Source of the DNA: a virus
Strand: one strand, 5' to 3'
IMG/VR virus record: IMGVR_UViG_3300009497_000003
Location: 1 to 34,832 of that record
Length of the DNA stretch: 34,832 nt
Numbering within the stretch: the first letter of the stretch is position 1; every line of letters begins with the position of its first letter. Positions 15,486 through 22,583 of the stretch are shown piece after piece. The position numbers and the translations under genes are program-made. The notes under the pieces were generated by a model. That model saw nothing but the letters and a program-made list of their open reading frames with translations. It made no database searches and was not told the origin of the DNA.

Positions 15486-15510
15486 GCCAAAATGCAGACT
15501 TTTTTGCAGG

Positions 15511-15536
15511 TATATTTGGAAAAGAGCCTACATTTG
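15511..15536 (+). promoter_or_regulatory. Bacteroidota-type promoter cassette (copy 5) with a second overlapping -7 box
   Basis: TATATTTG lies at 15511-15518. The cassette TTTGGAAAAGAGCCTACATTTG has its -7 box TACATTTG at 15529-15536. TTTG at 15503-15506 lies 22 nt upstream. The leader AAACATCAAAGAAACAAATAACAACATC precedes the ATG at 15565. Confidence 0.65.
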
Positions 15537-15564
15537 AAACATCAAAGAAACAAATAACAACATC

Positions 15565-15765
15565 ATGACAATTCAGGAAATCAACGAAAGAAACGGAACA
15601 ATAGCAATTGACACAGAAGATCTACTCATGATTATCGCAAGTAATCTAAGCGATATGCAAGGAAGACTTTCTACTAACACAATGGTTGAGACTATTGAGA
15701 GAATGGACCTTTTGAAGGCTTTAATTTTCGACATGAAAAAAATGGAATCAACAAAAAACCTATAG
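15565..15765 (+). CDS. hypothetical protein (66 aa)
   Basis: ORF track entry. It is the first gene after the promoter. Confidence 0.6.
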   Translation: MTIQEINERNGTIAIDTEDLLMIIASNLSDMQGRLSTNTMVETIERMDLLKALIFDMKKMESTKNL

Positions 15766-15767
15766 TC

Positions 15768-16001
15768 ATGGATTACATCAAAGACAGAATCGCCTACGCC
15801 AAAGCAGACCTGAAGATCTTAAAAGCTAATGGTGAAATGGCAATCACCGGAACCAAACTTGGACCAATCTGGTTAAAGTACGAGAAAGGCTTATTTAGAG
15901 CCACTGACACCCTCGGAAAACAATTAATGGACCCAACCTATGAAGAGGAGGAGATAATGTTTTTCATCGCATCAAATTACGCATTTGCAATTGTTAATTA
16001 A
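15768..16001 (+). CDS. hypothetical protein (77 aa)
   Basis: ORF track entry, with a 2-nt spacer after the upstream gene. Confidence 0.6.
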   Translation: MDYIKDRIAYAKADLKILKANGEMAITGTKLGPIWLKYEKGLFRATDTLGKQLMDPTYEEEEIMFFIASNYAFAIVN

Positions 16002-16002
16002 A

Positions 16003-16035
16003 CCCAGAGTAAACCCAAACCTTACCCAGAGTAAA
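16003..16035. repeat. 11-bp direct repeat CCCAGAGTAAA x2
   Basis: The copies lie at 16003-16013 and 16025-16035. They flank AAACCCAAACC (16011-16021), which also occurs at 3877-3887. Confidence 0.85.
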
Positions 16036-16041
16036 ACCTTT

Positions 16042-16077
16042 AGAAATTGAAACTGAAACTGAAACTGAAACTGAAAT
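16042..16077. repeat. Hexamer tandem repeat (TGAAAC)4 flanked by degenerate units; the last unit contains the ATG of the next gene
   Basis: The sequence aGAAAT TGAAAC TGAAAC TGAAAC TGAAAC TGAAAT-G was read directly. The perfect units span 16048-16071. Confidence 0.9.
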
Positions 16078-16447
16078 GAAAAAACCTGAGTTTGTAGGAC
16101 CAATAGAAGTAGAGACTTTTGACGATCCTAAGGACCTGCTTTGGTCTTACTTCCTGAGAGTTAAAAACCCAGACAGGACCACGAAACGAAAAATGGTGAA
16201 TGAAATCAATTGGTGGACCTTGGAGTTGTCAAAAATTGAAGGTCTATTCATTGACACCCTGTTTCTTGCTGGAGTAGAATACGATGTAGCCTATGAAAAC
16301 TTACTTGACTGGAATCAAAAGTTACTGAAGAAAGCAAAGAAGTTAAAATACATTTCTCCGAACCAGCACTATGTTTACTTGAAATACAGGCCCGACAACT
16401 GGAAGGAACTGGAAAAAGAAAGAGAAGCGCAACAGCAAAAAGAATAG
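16076..16447 (+). CDS. hypothetical protein (123 aa), possible head-tail connector component by position
   Basis: ORF track entry. It lies between the capsid and tail genes. Confidence 0.6.
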   Translation: MKKPEFVGPIEVETFDDPKDLLWSYFLRVKNPDRTTKRKMVNEINWWTLELSKIEGLFIDTLFLAGVEYDVAYENLLDWNQKLLKKAKKLKYISPNQHYVYLKYRPDNWKELEKEREAQQQKE

Positions 16448-16461
16448 TCAAGTTTCTTTTT

Positions 16462-16469
16462 TACCTTTG
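16462..16469 (+). promoter_or_regulatory. -7 box TACCTTTG located 5 nt upstream of ATG 16475
   Basis: An exact TAnnTTTG match in a 27-nt spacer. The same TTTTTTACCTTTGA string recurs at 19763-19776. Confidence 0.4.
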
Positions 16470-16474
16470 AAGTC

Positions 16475-16981
16475 ATGGCAACTATTGTAAAGACTTCAGA
16501 CTTTGAAGATGGTATTCTTCGAATCGCCCAAGACAAATACGATGACTTTTCAAGCTACCTAAGTGAAGTCAAAGAGAATTCCTTGATCAAGCACATTTTT
16601 GGAGCCACAGAAGGCGATAAATTAATTGCAGACCTTACCGGGGACCCAAGAGTACCAGTAAGTTCAATCTGGTTGGATATTTGGGATCCTTTCGAGTTCA
16701 GCATACAAGAACATTCGTATTACTGCGTAGGCATCAAAGAAGTGATTTTAATGTTGACCTACAGAGAGATTGTTGGTGAAATGGGAGTGGTAAACCTCCA
16801 GACAGGGAACAAAAAAATTAAAGGTCAAGCTACAGAAGGTCAAGGAATCATTCGAAAGGAAGTTGTAATTCACAACAGAGCAGCCATGAGTGTAGCGACA
16901 TTACAAAAGTACATTCAGGAAAATGGGATCACATATCCTGACTATTCTGGTGATACTCTTCAAATGGAATCAATGATTTAA
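16475..16981 (+). CDS. hypothetical structural protein (168 aa)
   Basis: ORF track entry in the morphogenesis block. Confidence 0.65.
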   Translation: MATIVKTSDFEDGILRIAQDKYDDFSSYLSEVKENSLIKHIFGATEGDKLIADLTGDPRVPVSSIWLDIWDPFEFSIQEHSYYCVGIKEVILMLTYREIVGEMGVVNLQTGNKKIKGQATEGQGIIRKEVVIHNRAAMSVATLQKYIQENGITYPDYSGDTLQMESMI

Positions 16982-16982
16982 T

Positions 16983-19502
16983 ATGCAGGTATCAACACTT
17001 TTACAACAGGTAATCGATGGAATGAACGCTATGTTGGTTATCGATTCAGTCACCGCTTCTGGTTCAAACTGGATTGTTACAACTGATGACACCCTTTGGC
17101 TGAATACAAAGGACAGATTCGACCTAATTGGTAACACTTACCAAATTGTTGAATACACGAAGGACGTAAGCATTACACTGGAGGCCATAGGAGGTCATTC
17201 TACGGCCCCAATAGTAGGTTCCTACAATATACCTCCACCGACCTTTATTCATGGCAAATACAAAGCCGCAGTAAGCGAAATCAAAAGAGCCAGTGGTAGA
17301 GAAATCATTCCTTTTGTATGGATGATTGAGTTGCAGACCCGGACAAAGCCTTCAGAACTGGATAGTATCATCCAACATGAAGGACAGGTAAGGTTGTTTT
17401 TTTGTAACCAGACAAAATGGGAAGAGGAAACGGATTGGCAGTATAGTGAAGTCATCGAACCTTTACAGAGTCTTGTGGACCTGTTTATTGAAAATCTTAA
17501 AAGTCACCCTCGAATTGGTGATCTTGGTAATGTTGATATTACAAACCACGCAAAAGTCACAACAGGAAATAGTTCCATCACTGAAGAGGAAGAAAACCAA
17601 CTTTTTGACAGGGAACTGACTGGTATTGAAGTACTTGTGGACCTTCCAATCAAGATCAACATGACAGGATGCGAAGATGTTGTTGTCTCTGGATGTGAGG
17701 GAGTTCACATTTACGCGTCAGATGGCGCGTTTATTGAAACGGTTCCATCAGGTGATAAATACACTCTTAGCGGTGGAGGCGGTAGTGGCTTTGTTGAGAA
17801 CTCAGATTCAAGCTATACTAATACTGTGGCAAGTGGCTCTACTTTAGTGCTACCAGACATTAATGTGACAGATAGTGATGGCTCTATTTCAAGCGTTCCT
17901 AGTGTTCAAGACGTAGTTTGTTCACCTGCAGCAGACTCAACAGTTGAAAATAGTGACAGTAGTTACACGAATACTGTTGCAAGTGGTGCTACTTTAGTGC
18001 TGCCAGACATTAATGTGACAGATAGTGATGGCTCTATTTCAAGTGTTCCTAGTGTTCAAGATGTACTTTGCACACCAGCAGCAGACGCTACGGTAGAAAA
18101 TAGCGACAGTAGTTACACTAATACTGTGGCAAGTGGAGGTACTTTAGTCTTGCCTGACATCACAGTTACAGACAGCGATGGGAGTACTTTTACTCAGGCT
18201 TCTGTTGTGAATGTAGTTTGTAGTTTAGCGGCAGATGGTACAGTGAATGTAAATAGTGTATTTTTTGACAATGTAGCTTCAGGCGGAACTTTAAACATCG
18301 AGGTAAGACAATCGAGCGGAAACACATTAATAGGTTCAAAACAAGGTTCACATTTTAGAATCCCTGACAGCGTAATCACTTTAGACAACACAGATGGTAC
18401 GACATTATCTACCACAAACGTCTTAGCAACTGATGCATCTACTATTACTGCTCCGGATGCTACTGCTGTAATTAAAAACACTTTAAATGCAGTTCTTAGG
18501 TCAGAGTTAGTTCCTAGCAATGTGAGCGAGGATATTATCATTGGCGATGCAACCATCAACATTAACAAGAGCGATGGAACTTTAATTGCAAGTGCAACTG
18601 TAACAGCAGAGGGATCAGGAGTTTACAATGTCGCTGACTCAACTGTCAATGTGGTTAATACTCTTGGCACAGTTTTATCAAGTAACTTAGTAAAAGCCAC
18701 AGAGACTGACACAGTTCTAGCACCTGATGCAAATGTCGAAAACTCAGACAGCAGTTACACGAACACTGTTGCAAGTGGTGGAACGATTACTCTTCCAGAT
18801 ATTACAGTTACAGACAGCGATGGGACCACTTTCACTCAGCCTTCTGTTGTGAATGTAGTTTGTAGTTTAGCGGCAAATCCTACGGTTTATTGTAGGCCAT
18901 CTAACTGCGTTCAAAGTATTAGTTACGCAAACGGAGACGCAGCATTTAGCAAAGAAGATACATTTGAACACAAGCAGACGGGTAAAATTCAGCAGATCGA
19001 CCATTCGGTAGCTACACCTAACCACTTTAACACTTTGGTAGATAATGACCCTGAGTTTGGCGCAAAAGTCAGATTTACGAACGACTCAGGTACAAGTGTA
19101 TTCGGAACAAATCCAGCAAGCACTTTGATATATGACAACCTTCAGGGGGTTATCTTTGATGTGGTCGATTTTAGAAACGACAATAGGAGAACCATAGCTG
19201 ATGCGTGGACTATTGCACAAGCTAAAAGCGAAACCCTAAATGGTAAAACTTACGCGACTTGGTATTTAGCACCAATAGAGTATTTGATAGCGGTAGTAGA
19301 TGAGGACTGGACAACCACAGAACCAAGGTTATATAATGCATTTGGAACTGGGGTTATTGCTATGTCAAGCACATATTTCCGCGGTGGGATTGCTGGAAAG
19401 TACTATATATCTAACTCTACGAGTACATCCAGTGGAATAGTAGTAAAAACACCTACGAACTTTAATATGATTTACATGGCATTTATAGAAGACGGAATAT
19501 GA
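16983..19502 (+). CDS. large structural protein (839 aa) with four 50-aa repeat modules and a possible C-terminal lectin-fold (DUF1566-like) domain
   Basis: ORF track entry. The repeat VENSDSSYTNTVASG.TLVLPDI.VTDSDGS occurs three times in tandem, with a fourth copy 490 nt downstream. The N-terminal 270 aa are non-repetitive. The C-terminal part contains TWYLAPIEYLIAVVD...MSSTYF. Confidence 0.8.
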   Translation: MQVSTLLQQVIDGMNAMLVIDSVTASGSNWIVTTDDTLWLNTKDRFDLIGNTYQIVEYTKDVSITLEAIGGHSTAPIVGSYNIPPPTFIHGKYKAAVSEIKRASGREIIPFVWMIELQTRTKPSELDSIIQHEGQVRLFFCNQTKWEEETDWQYSEVIEPLQSLVDLFIENLKSHPRIGDLGNVDITNHAKVTTGNSSITEEEENQLFDRELTGIEVLVDLPIKINMTGCEDVVVSGCEGVHIYASDGAFIETVPSGDKYTLSGGGGSGFVENSDSSYTNTVASGSTLVLPDINVTDSDGSISSVPSVQDVVCSPAADSTVENSDSSYTNTVASGATLVLPDINVTDSDGSISSVPSVQDVLCTPAADATVENSDSSYTNTVASGGTLVLPDITVTDSDGSTFTQASVVNVVCSLAADGTVNVNSVFFDNVASGGTLNIEVRQSSGNTLIGSKQGSHFRIPDSVITLDNTDGTTLSTTNVLATDASTITAPDATAVIKNTLNAVLRSELVPSNVSEDIIIGDATININKSDGTLIASATVTAEGSGVYNVADSTVNVVNTLGTVLSSNLVKATETDTVLAPDANVENSDSSYTNTVASGGTITLPDITVTDSDGTTFTQPSVVNVVCSLAANPTVYCRPSNCVQSISYANGDAAFSKEDTFEHKQTGKIQQIDHSVATPNHFNTLVDNDPEFGAKVRFTNDSGTSVFGTNPASTLIYDNLQGVIFDVVDFRNDNRRTIADAWTIAQAKSETLNGKTYATWYLAPIEYLIAVVDEDWTTTEPRLYNAFGTGVIAMSSTYFRGGIAGKYYISNSTSTSSGIVVKTPTNFNMIYMAFIEDGI
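17793..18242 (+). repeat. 3 x 150-bp in-frame tandem repeat
   Basis: The units are 17793-17942, 17943-18092 and 18093-18242. Units 1 and 2 share a roughly 75-nt nearly identical core. Confidence 0.95.
18735..18884 (+). repeat. Fourth, dispersed copy of the 150-bp repeat
   Basis: It shares a 35-nt identical block (18841-18875) with unit 3 (18199-18233), and the same 50-aa module. Confidence 0.9.
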
Positions 19503-19738
19503 AACAAGCAGCACTAAAAACATTTCAGGACATAGAACTAAAGGACTTCACTTGGGAGATAGTAGAAGTTCTGTACGATTGGAAGAACAACAAGTCCAGC
19601 GTCGGAGTGGAGGCTTTAGAAGACGGCAAGACAATCAAGCACCACCGCTTTTTTGAGTTTGACTGCTCAGAAGATTGGACAAGCGAAACAGCATTAAGCG
19701 AACTTTTAAAACTCGACACCTTTAAAGGTAGCGAATAG
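19499..19738 (+). CDS. hypothetical protein (79 aa)
   Basis: ORF track entry with ATGA coupling to the 839-aa gene. Confidence 0.6.
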   Translation: MKQAALKTFQDIELKDFTWEIVEVLYDWKNNKSSVGVEALEDGKTIKHHRFFEFDCSEDWTSETALSELLKLDTFKGSE

Positions 19739-19767
19739 AATAAAATGTTTAGTTGAAAATGTTTTTT

Positions 19768-19775
19768 TACCTTTG
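19768..19775 (+). promoter_or_regulatory. -7 box TACCTTTG upstream of putative major tail gene
   Basis: An exact TAnnTTTG match in a 59-nt spacer, 22 nt before the ATG at 19798. AAAATGTTT occurs twice upstream. Confidence 0.4.
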
Positions 19776-19797
19776 AGCAAACTAAAAAAGAATTATC

Positions 19798-20745
19798 ATG
19801 GAAGTATGCGATTGTAATGTCTCACTCTCAAACACAGGACGCCCAGACTGCGTACCTATGCAAGACGCTGCAAAGCGATTGATCTTAGTTTCTCTTCAGC
19901 AGGCCGATGGCACATTGAATGAGATTGATTTGGCAACAGCCGCATTAGACCAAGCAGAAATTAATGCGCTTATCAACAATGCAGATGAATTGGCCAGATG
20001 GTTTCCAATTGGAGACATTCTGAATGTTGAAGAATCAAGAGGAGAGTCAGTTGTTGAAGAATTCAACGATGGTTCAAAAGTAAAGATTGAAGATGGTGTG
20101 AAAACTTTCACAGGTATTTTCGCAAAAGCGACTCCAGACTTCCTGAGAAAAATCAAAGAGTGGGGATGTGTAAAGCCCGGAGCCTTTGTTGTTGACAAAC
20201 AAGGCAACCTGATCGGTGATCGCACATCTTCAGATGGAAAACTTCGACCTATTCCAATCAATGCGAATACGTGGGACCCAAAGTACATTCCTGCAACGGA
20301 TACAACAGTTCCAAAAATTCAGTTGGACTTCGAATGGCGAAGAGACTTCAGCGACACTGCCCTTGGTATGTTGCTAAATTCAGACTTTGCGAGTGGAGTT
20401 GATCTTCTGGATGAAGATGGTTTGATTGACCTATTTGGTACAATCCTTACAAGCCCTGCTCCAATTGCAACAGGTTTGACCATTGACATCTTCACTGACT
20501 ATGGTTCAGCCAAAGGACGAAAAGCAGTAAGTGGACTTGATCTGGTTACTGACTTTGATGTTGTTGCTTCAACTTCAGGAGTAACAGCCATCGCAACTTC
20601 AGTAGAGGATGCGACAATCAAAGGTCGTTATGCAATCACCTTCACAAGCCTTTCTTTGGAAGATGTTTATGTTCAGAAGAAAGCAGCGACACTTGGTTAT
20701 TCAGATACCAACTTAATCACTGAAGTAGCTACACTCACAACGTAA
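19798..20745 (+). CDS. putative major tail protein (315 aa)
   Basis: The call is based on position only. It has its own -7 box, a strong terminator follows shortly after, and it lies upstream of the chaperone-like and tape measure genes. No motif was recognised. Confidence 0.4.
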   Translation: MEVCDCNVSLSNTGRPDCVPMQDAAKRLILVSLQQADGTLNEIDLATAALDQAEINALINNADELARWFPIGDILNVEESRGESVVEEFNDGSKVKIEDGVKTFTGIFAKATPDFLRKIKEWGCVKPGAFVVDKQGNLIGDRTSSDGKLRPIPINANTWDPKYIPATDTTVPKIQLDFEWRRDFSDTALGMLLNSDFASGVDLLDEDGLIDLFGTILTSPAPIATGLTIDIFTDYGSAKGRKAVSGLDLVTDFDVVASTSGVTAIATSVEDATIKGRYAITFTSLSLEDVYVQKKAATLGYSDTNLITEVATLTT

Positions 20746-20746
20746 T

Positions 20747-20926
20747 ATGAAATACGGAAGAGCGAGCATAGGGCCAGAATTGTTTTCTAATTCTAAAGCA
20801 GACAAGCAAAAATTCTTCAAGCTATTGGTACAAGGTGGCTTCAGGGGATCTTATGCGGATGCTTGGAAAGCATACCCAAAGAAGAAAACGATAAAAAAGA
20901 AAAATTCAGATTCGACAGCCGAGTAA
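20747..20926 (+). CDS. hypothetical Lys-rich small protein (59 aa, MKYGRASIGPELFSNSKADKQKFFKLLVQGGF...)
   Basis: Hand-translated. It starts 1 nt after the upstream stop and ends just before the terminator. It is below the track cut-off. Confidence 0.45.
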   Translation: MKYGRASIGPELFSNSKADKQKFFKLLVQGGFRGSYADAWKAYPKKKTIKKKNSDSTAE

Positions 20927-20958
20927 CGTAAAGGGTCTACACTTACTCAAACCTAAAG

Positions 20959-20991
20959 TCCTCCGGTATTGCACTGGGGGATTTTTTTTTT
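20959..20991 (+). terminator. intrinsic terminator
   Basis: A 9-bp stem TCCTCCGGT / ACTGGGGGA (two G-U pairs) with loop ATTGC. Ten T residues follow. Confidence 0.8.
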
Positions 20992-21007
20992 GGAACTTGG
21001 TTACACC

Positions 21008-21029
21008 TTTGGAAAAAACCCTATATTTG
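21008..21029 (+). promoter_or_regulatory. Bacteroidota-type promoter cassette (copy 6)
   Basis: The sequence is TTTGGAAAAAACCCTATATTTG. The -7 box TATATTTG is at 21022-21029. TTG at 20997-20999 lies 22 nt upstream. The leader CTGAGACAAACAAACAAAACAACAAACAAACAAAAC precedes the ATG at 21066. Confidence 0.7.
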
Positions 21030-21065
21030 CTGAGACAAACAAACAAAACAACAAACAAACAAAAC

Positions 21066-21257
21066 ATGAATCAAGCAGACGAAAAATTTCAAATTCAAAA
21101 CGAGAATCTTGAAAGCCTTTTAGATAACCTCAGAATAGTTGATATTAATGTTTCAGACCTTGAAGAAGGTGACTTTCGAACTACCTTAACTTTCACAGAT
21201 TTAAGTGAAGAAGAAAGGGGTTGGATTATGGACTTCATTCATGAGTTAGACTTTTAA
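21066..21257 (+). CDS. hypothetical acidic protein (63 aa)
   Basis: The track ORF starts at TTG 20997, but that start lies upstream of the promoter box. The ATG at 21066 follows the A/C-rich leader. Confidence 0.6.
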   Translation: MNQADEKFQIQNENLESLLDNLRIVDINVSDLEEGDFRTTLTFTDLSEEERGWIMDFIHELDF

Positions 21258-21289
21258 TACCTGAGAACTGAACCAGTAAGACTTTAGAC

Positions 21290-21631
21290 ATGAACAATCA
21301 AACCTTTTTACCAAGTTGCCACGAATTCTACATTGAGCAAGTCGACTTTTACGGAAAGCTACTTGACCTCGGATTTGATAGTAAGTCACCAGATCCATTT
21401 CACCCAGACTATGAAGTAGTACATGATGAATTCCTACTTTACGAAGATGGAAGTGATGAGTATTTGATGGACTGGATAGAAAAAACCCCTGACTATTTAG
21501 AGAAGATTCAAGAGTTCTTTGAATCGATGGAACCTAAGATGACTGAGATAATTCAAACGAGCAGAGAGATGGCCAGAAATGAGCATGGAGCCATTTTAGC
21601 CACTGAAGCTATGCTGAACAACAGAAGGTAG
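21290..21631 (+). CDS. hypothetical acidic protein (113 aa)
   Basis: ORF track entry. Confidence 0.6.
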   Translation: MNNQTFLPSCHEFYIEQVDFYGKLLDLGFDSKSPDPFHPDYEVVHDEFLLYEDGSDEYLMDWIEKTPDYLEKIQEFFESMEPKMTEIIQTSREMARNEHGAILATEAMLNNRR

Positions 21632-21654
21632 TCATTAATCAAATCTTAGTTTAG

Positions 21655-21662
21655 TATCTTTG
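21655..21662 (+). promoter_or_regulatory. -7 box TATCTTTG located 4 nt upstream of ATG 21667
   Basis: An exact TAnnTTTG match in a 35-nt spacer. Confidence 0.35.
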
Positions 21663-21666
21663 GGGG

Positions 21667-22101
21667 ATGGAAGCCCTCCTCCGAATGTCTAAAAATAGAA
21701 GCCAATTAACTTCAGGCAGGTTGTTCGCAGTCACTTTCGGAAAAGCTGAGTCACAGAAATATGCCATCTACCTGAACCAACAGAACCAACTTCGAGCAGG
21801 CAGGTTGTCTAATGGAGATCTCCTTCCATTTTATTCGAAAGTAAGTCAAAGCAAATACGGCAAACCAAACAGCAGGTGGACCCTTTATGATACAGGGTAC
21901 TTTTACAGCAGCATGGAGGTCGAAAATGTCACAGATCAATACTTCACTCTAAATGCTGATGGTGCCAAGCCAGATGGAAGAGACTGGACGGAGTATGCTG
22001 GTGGTAATGTTCTTGGTTTGACTTCAGATTCAATGGGCCAACTTGTACGCAAGATCACCCCAATAATGAGGGATATTTTGTACCTCGAGTTGTTGAAATG
22101 A
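21667..22101 (+). CDS. hypothetical tail-module protein (144 aa), possible tail assembly chaperone by position
   Basis: ORF track entry, two genes upstream of the tape measure. Confidence 0.55.
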   Translation: MEALLRMSKNRSQLTSGRLFAVTFGKAESQKYAIYLNQQNQLRAGRLSNGDLLPFYSKVSQSKYGKPNSRWTLYDTGYFYSSMEVENVTDQYFTLNADGAKPDGRDWTEYAGGNVLGLTSDSMGQLVRKITPIMRDILYLELLK

Positions 22102-22583
22102 AGATTTATAGTTCAATTGACACCCTTCCAATAACCAAATACTGGTCTATAGTTGAATCTGGGGGCCTTGATGAGTTAATATACTCTGGGAGGATACCTT
22201 ACCTACCTTGGAGAAAGAAAGCCGCCCTAAAACGCTTATATCAAGCTTGGGACAATATCGAAATTGAGTTGTATGACTTTTTGGTAAAGGATAAAGACTT
22301 CGTAGATGGTTTGAAGCAGAAGAGAAGAGACATTCTGAGAAAGATTAAAGCGACACTTTCAAAAAAACCAGTAGATGTTCTGAAATGGGAAGCGACAAAG
22401 ACTTGGCAAGAGCAGGAAAGTCCAGTAGATTTCGACTTTCACAAATCAATAGCTATACTGGAGAATATGTCACCGGGAGTTGCAATACTTGTAGCAAACG
22501 AAAAACTGACAACTCGTAAGTATCTAATTCACATGAATTTAATGAAAGAAAATGGCAGCAGGCAAGAAGATAACAAGGGATGA
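22098..22583 (+). CDS. hypothetical tail-module protein (161 aa), possible tail assembly chaperone by position
   Basis: ORF track entry with ATGA coupling upstream. It overlaps the tape measure start by 32 nt. Confidence 0.55.
   Translation: MKIYSSIDTLPITKYWSIVESGGLDELIYSGRIPYLPWRKKAALKRLYQAWDNIEIELYDFLVKDKDFVDGLKQKRRDILRKIKATLSKKPVDVLKWEATKTWQEQESPVDFDFHKSIAILENMSPGVAILVANEKLTTRKYLIHMNLMKENGSRQEDNKG

Noticed and set aside
17793-18884. Possibility that the 150-bp repeats are a CRISPR array or a DGR template/variable-repeat pair
   Set aside because: The units are contiguous and in frame inside a long ORF, with no spacers. No reverse transcriptase gene is present. The differences between copies are not adenine-specific: for example, the unit 3 versus unit 4 differences are G>C, T>C, T>C and G>C.
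20997-21065. TTG-initiated N-terminal extensions given in the ORF track (20997-21257 and 33773-34138)
   Set aside because: The extensions run through the conserved promoter cassette and the CAAACAAA leader. In both cases an ATG sits right after the leader, as in the other five cassette copies.
21667-22583. Programmed -1 frameshift typical of tail assembly chaperones (G/GT) upstream of the tape measure
   Set aside because: The two candidate genes are joined by an ordinary ATGA stop/start overlap and each has its own ATG. I could not find an XXXYYYZ slippery heptamer with an extended overlapping frame.
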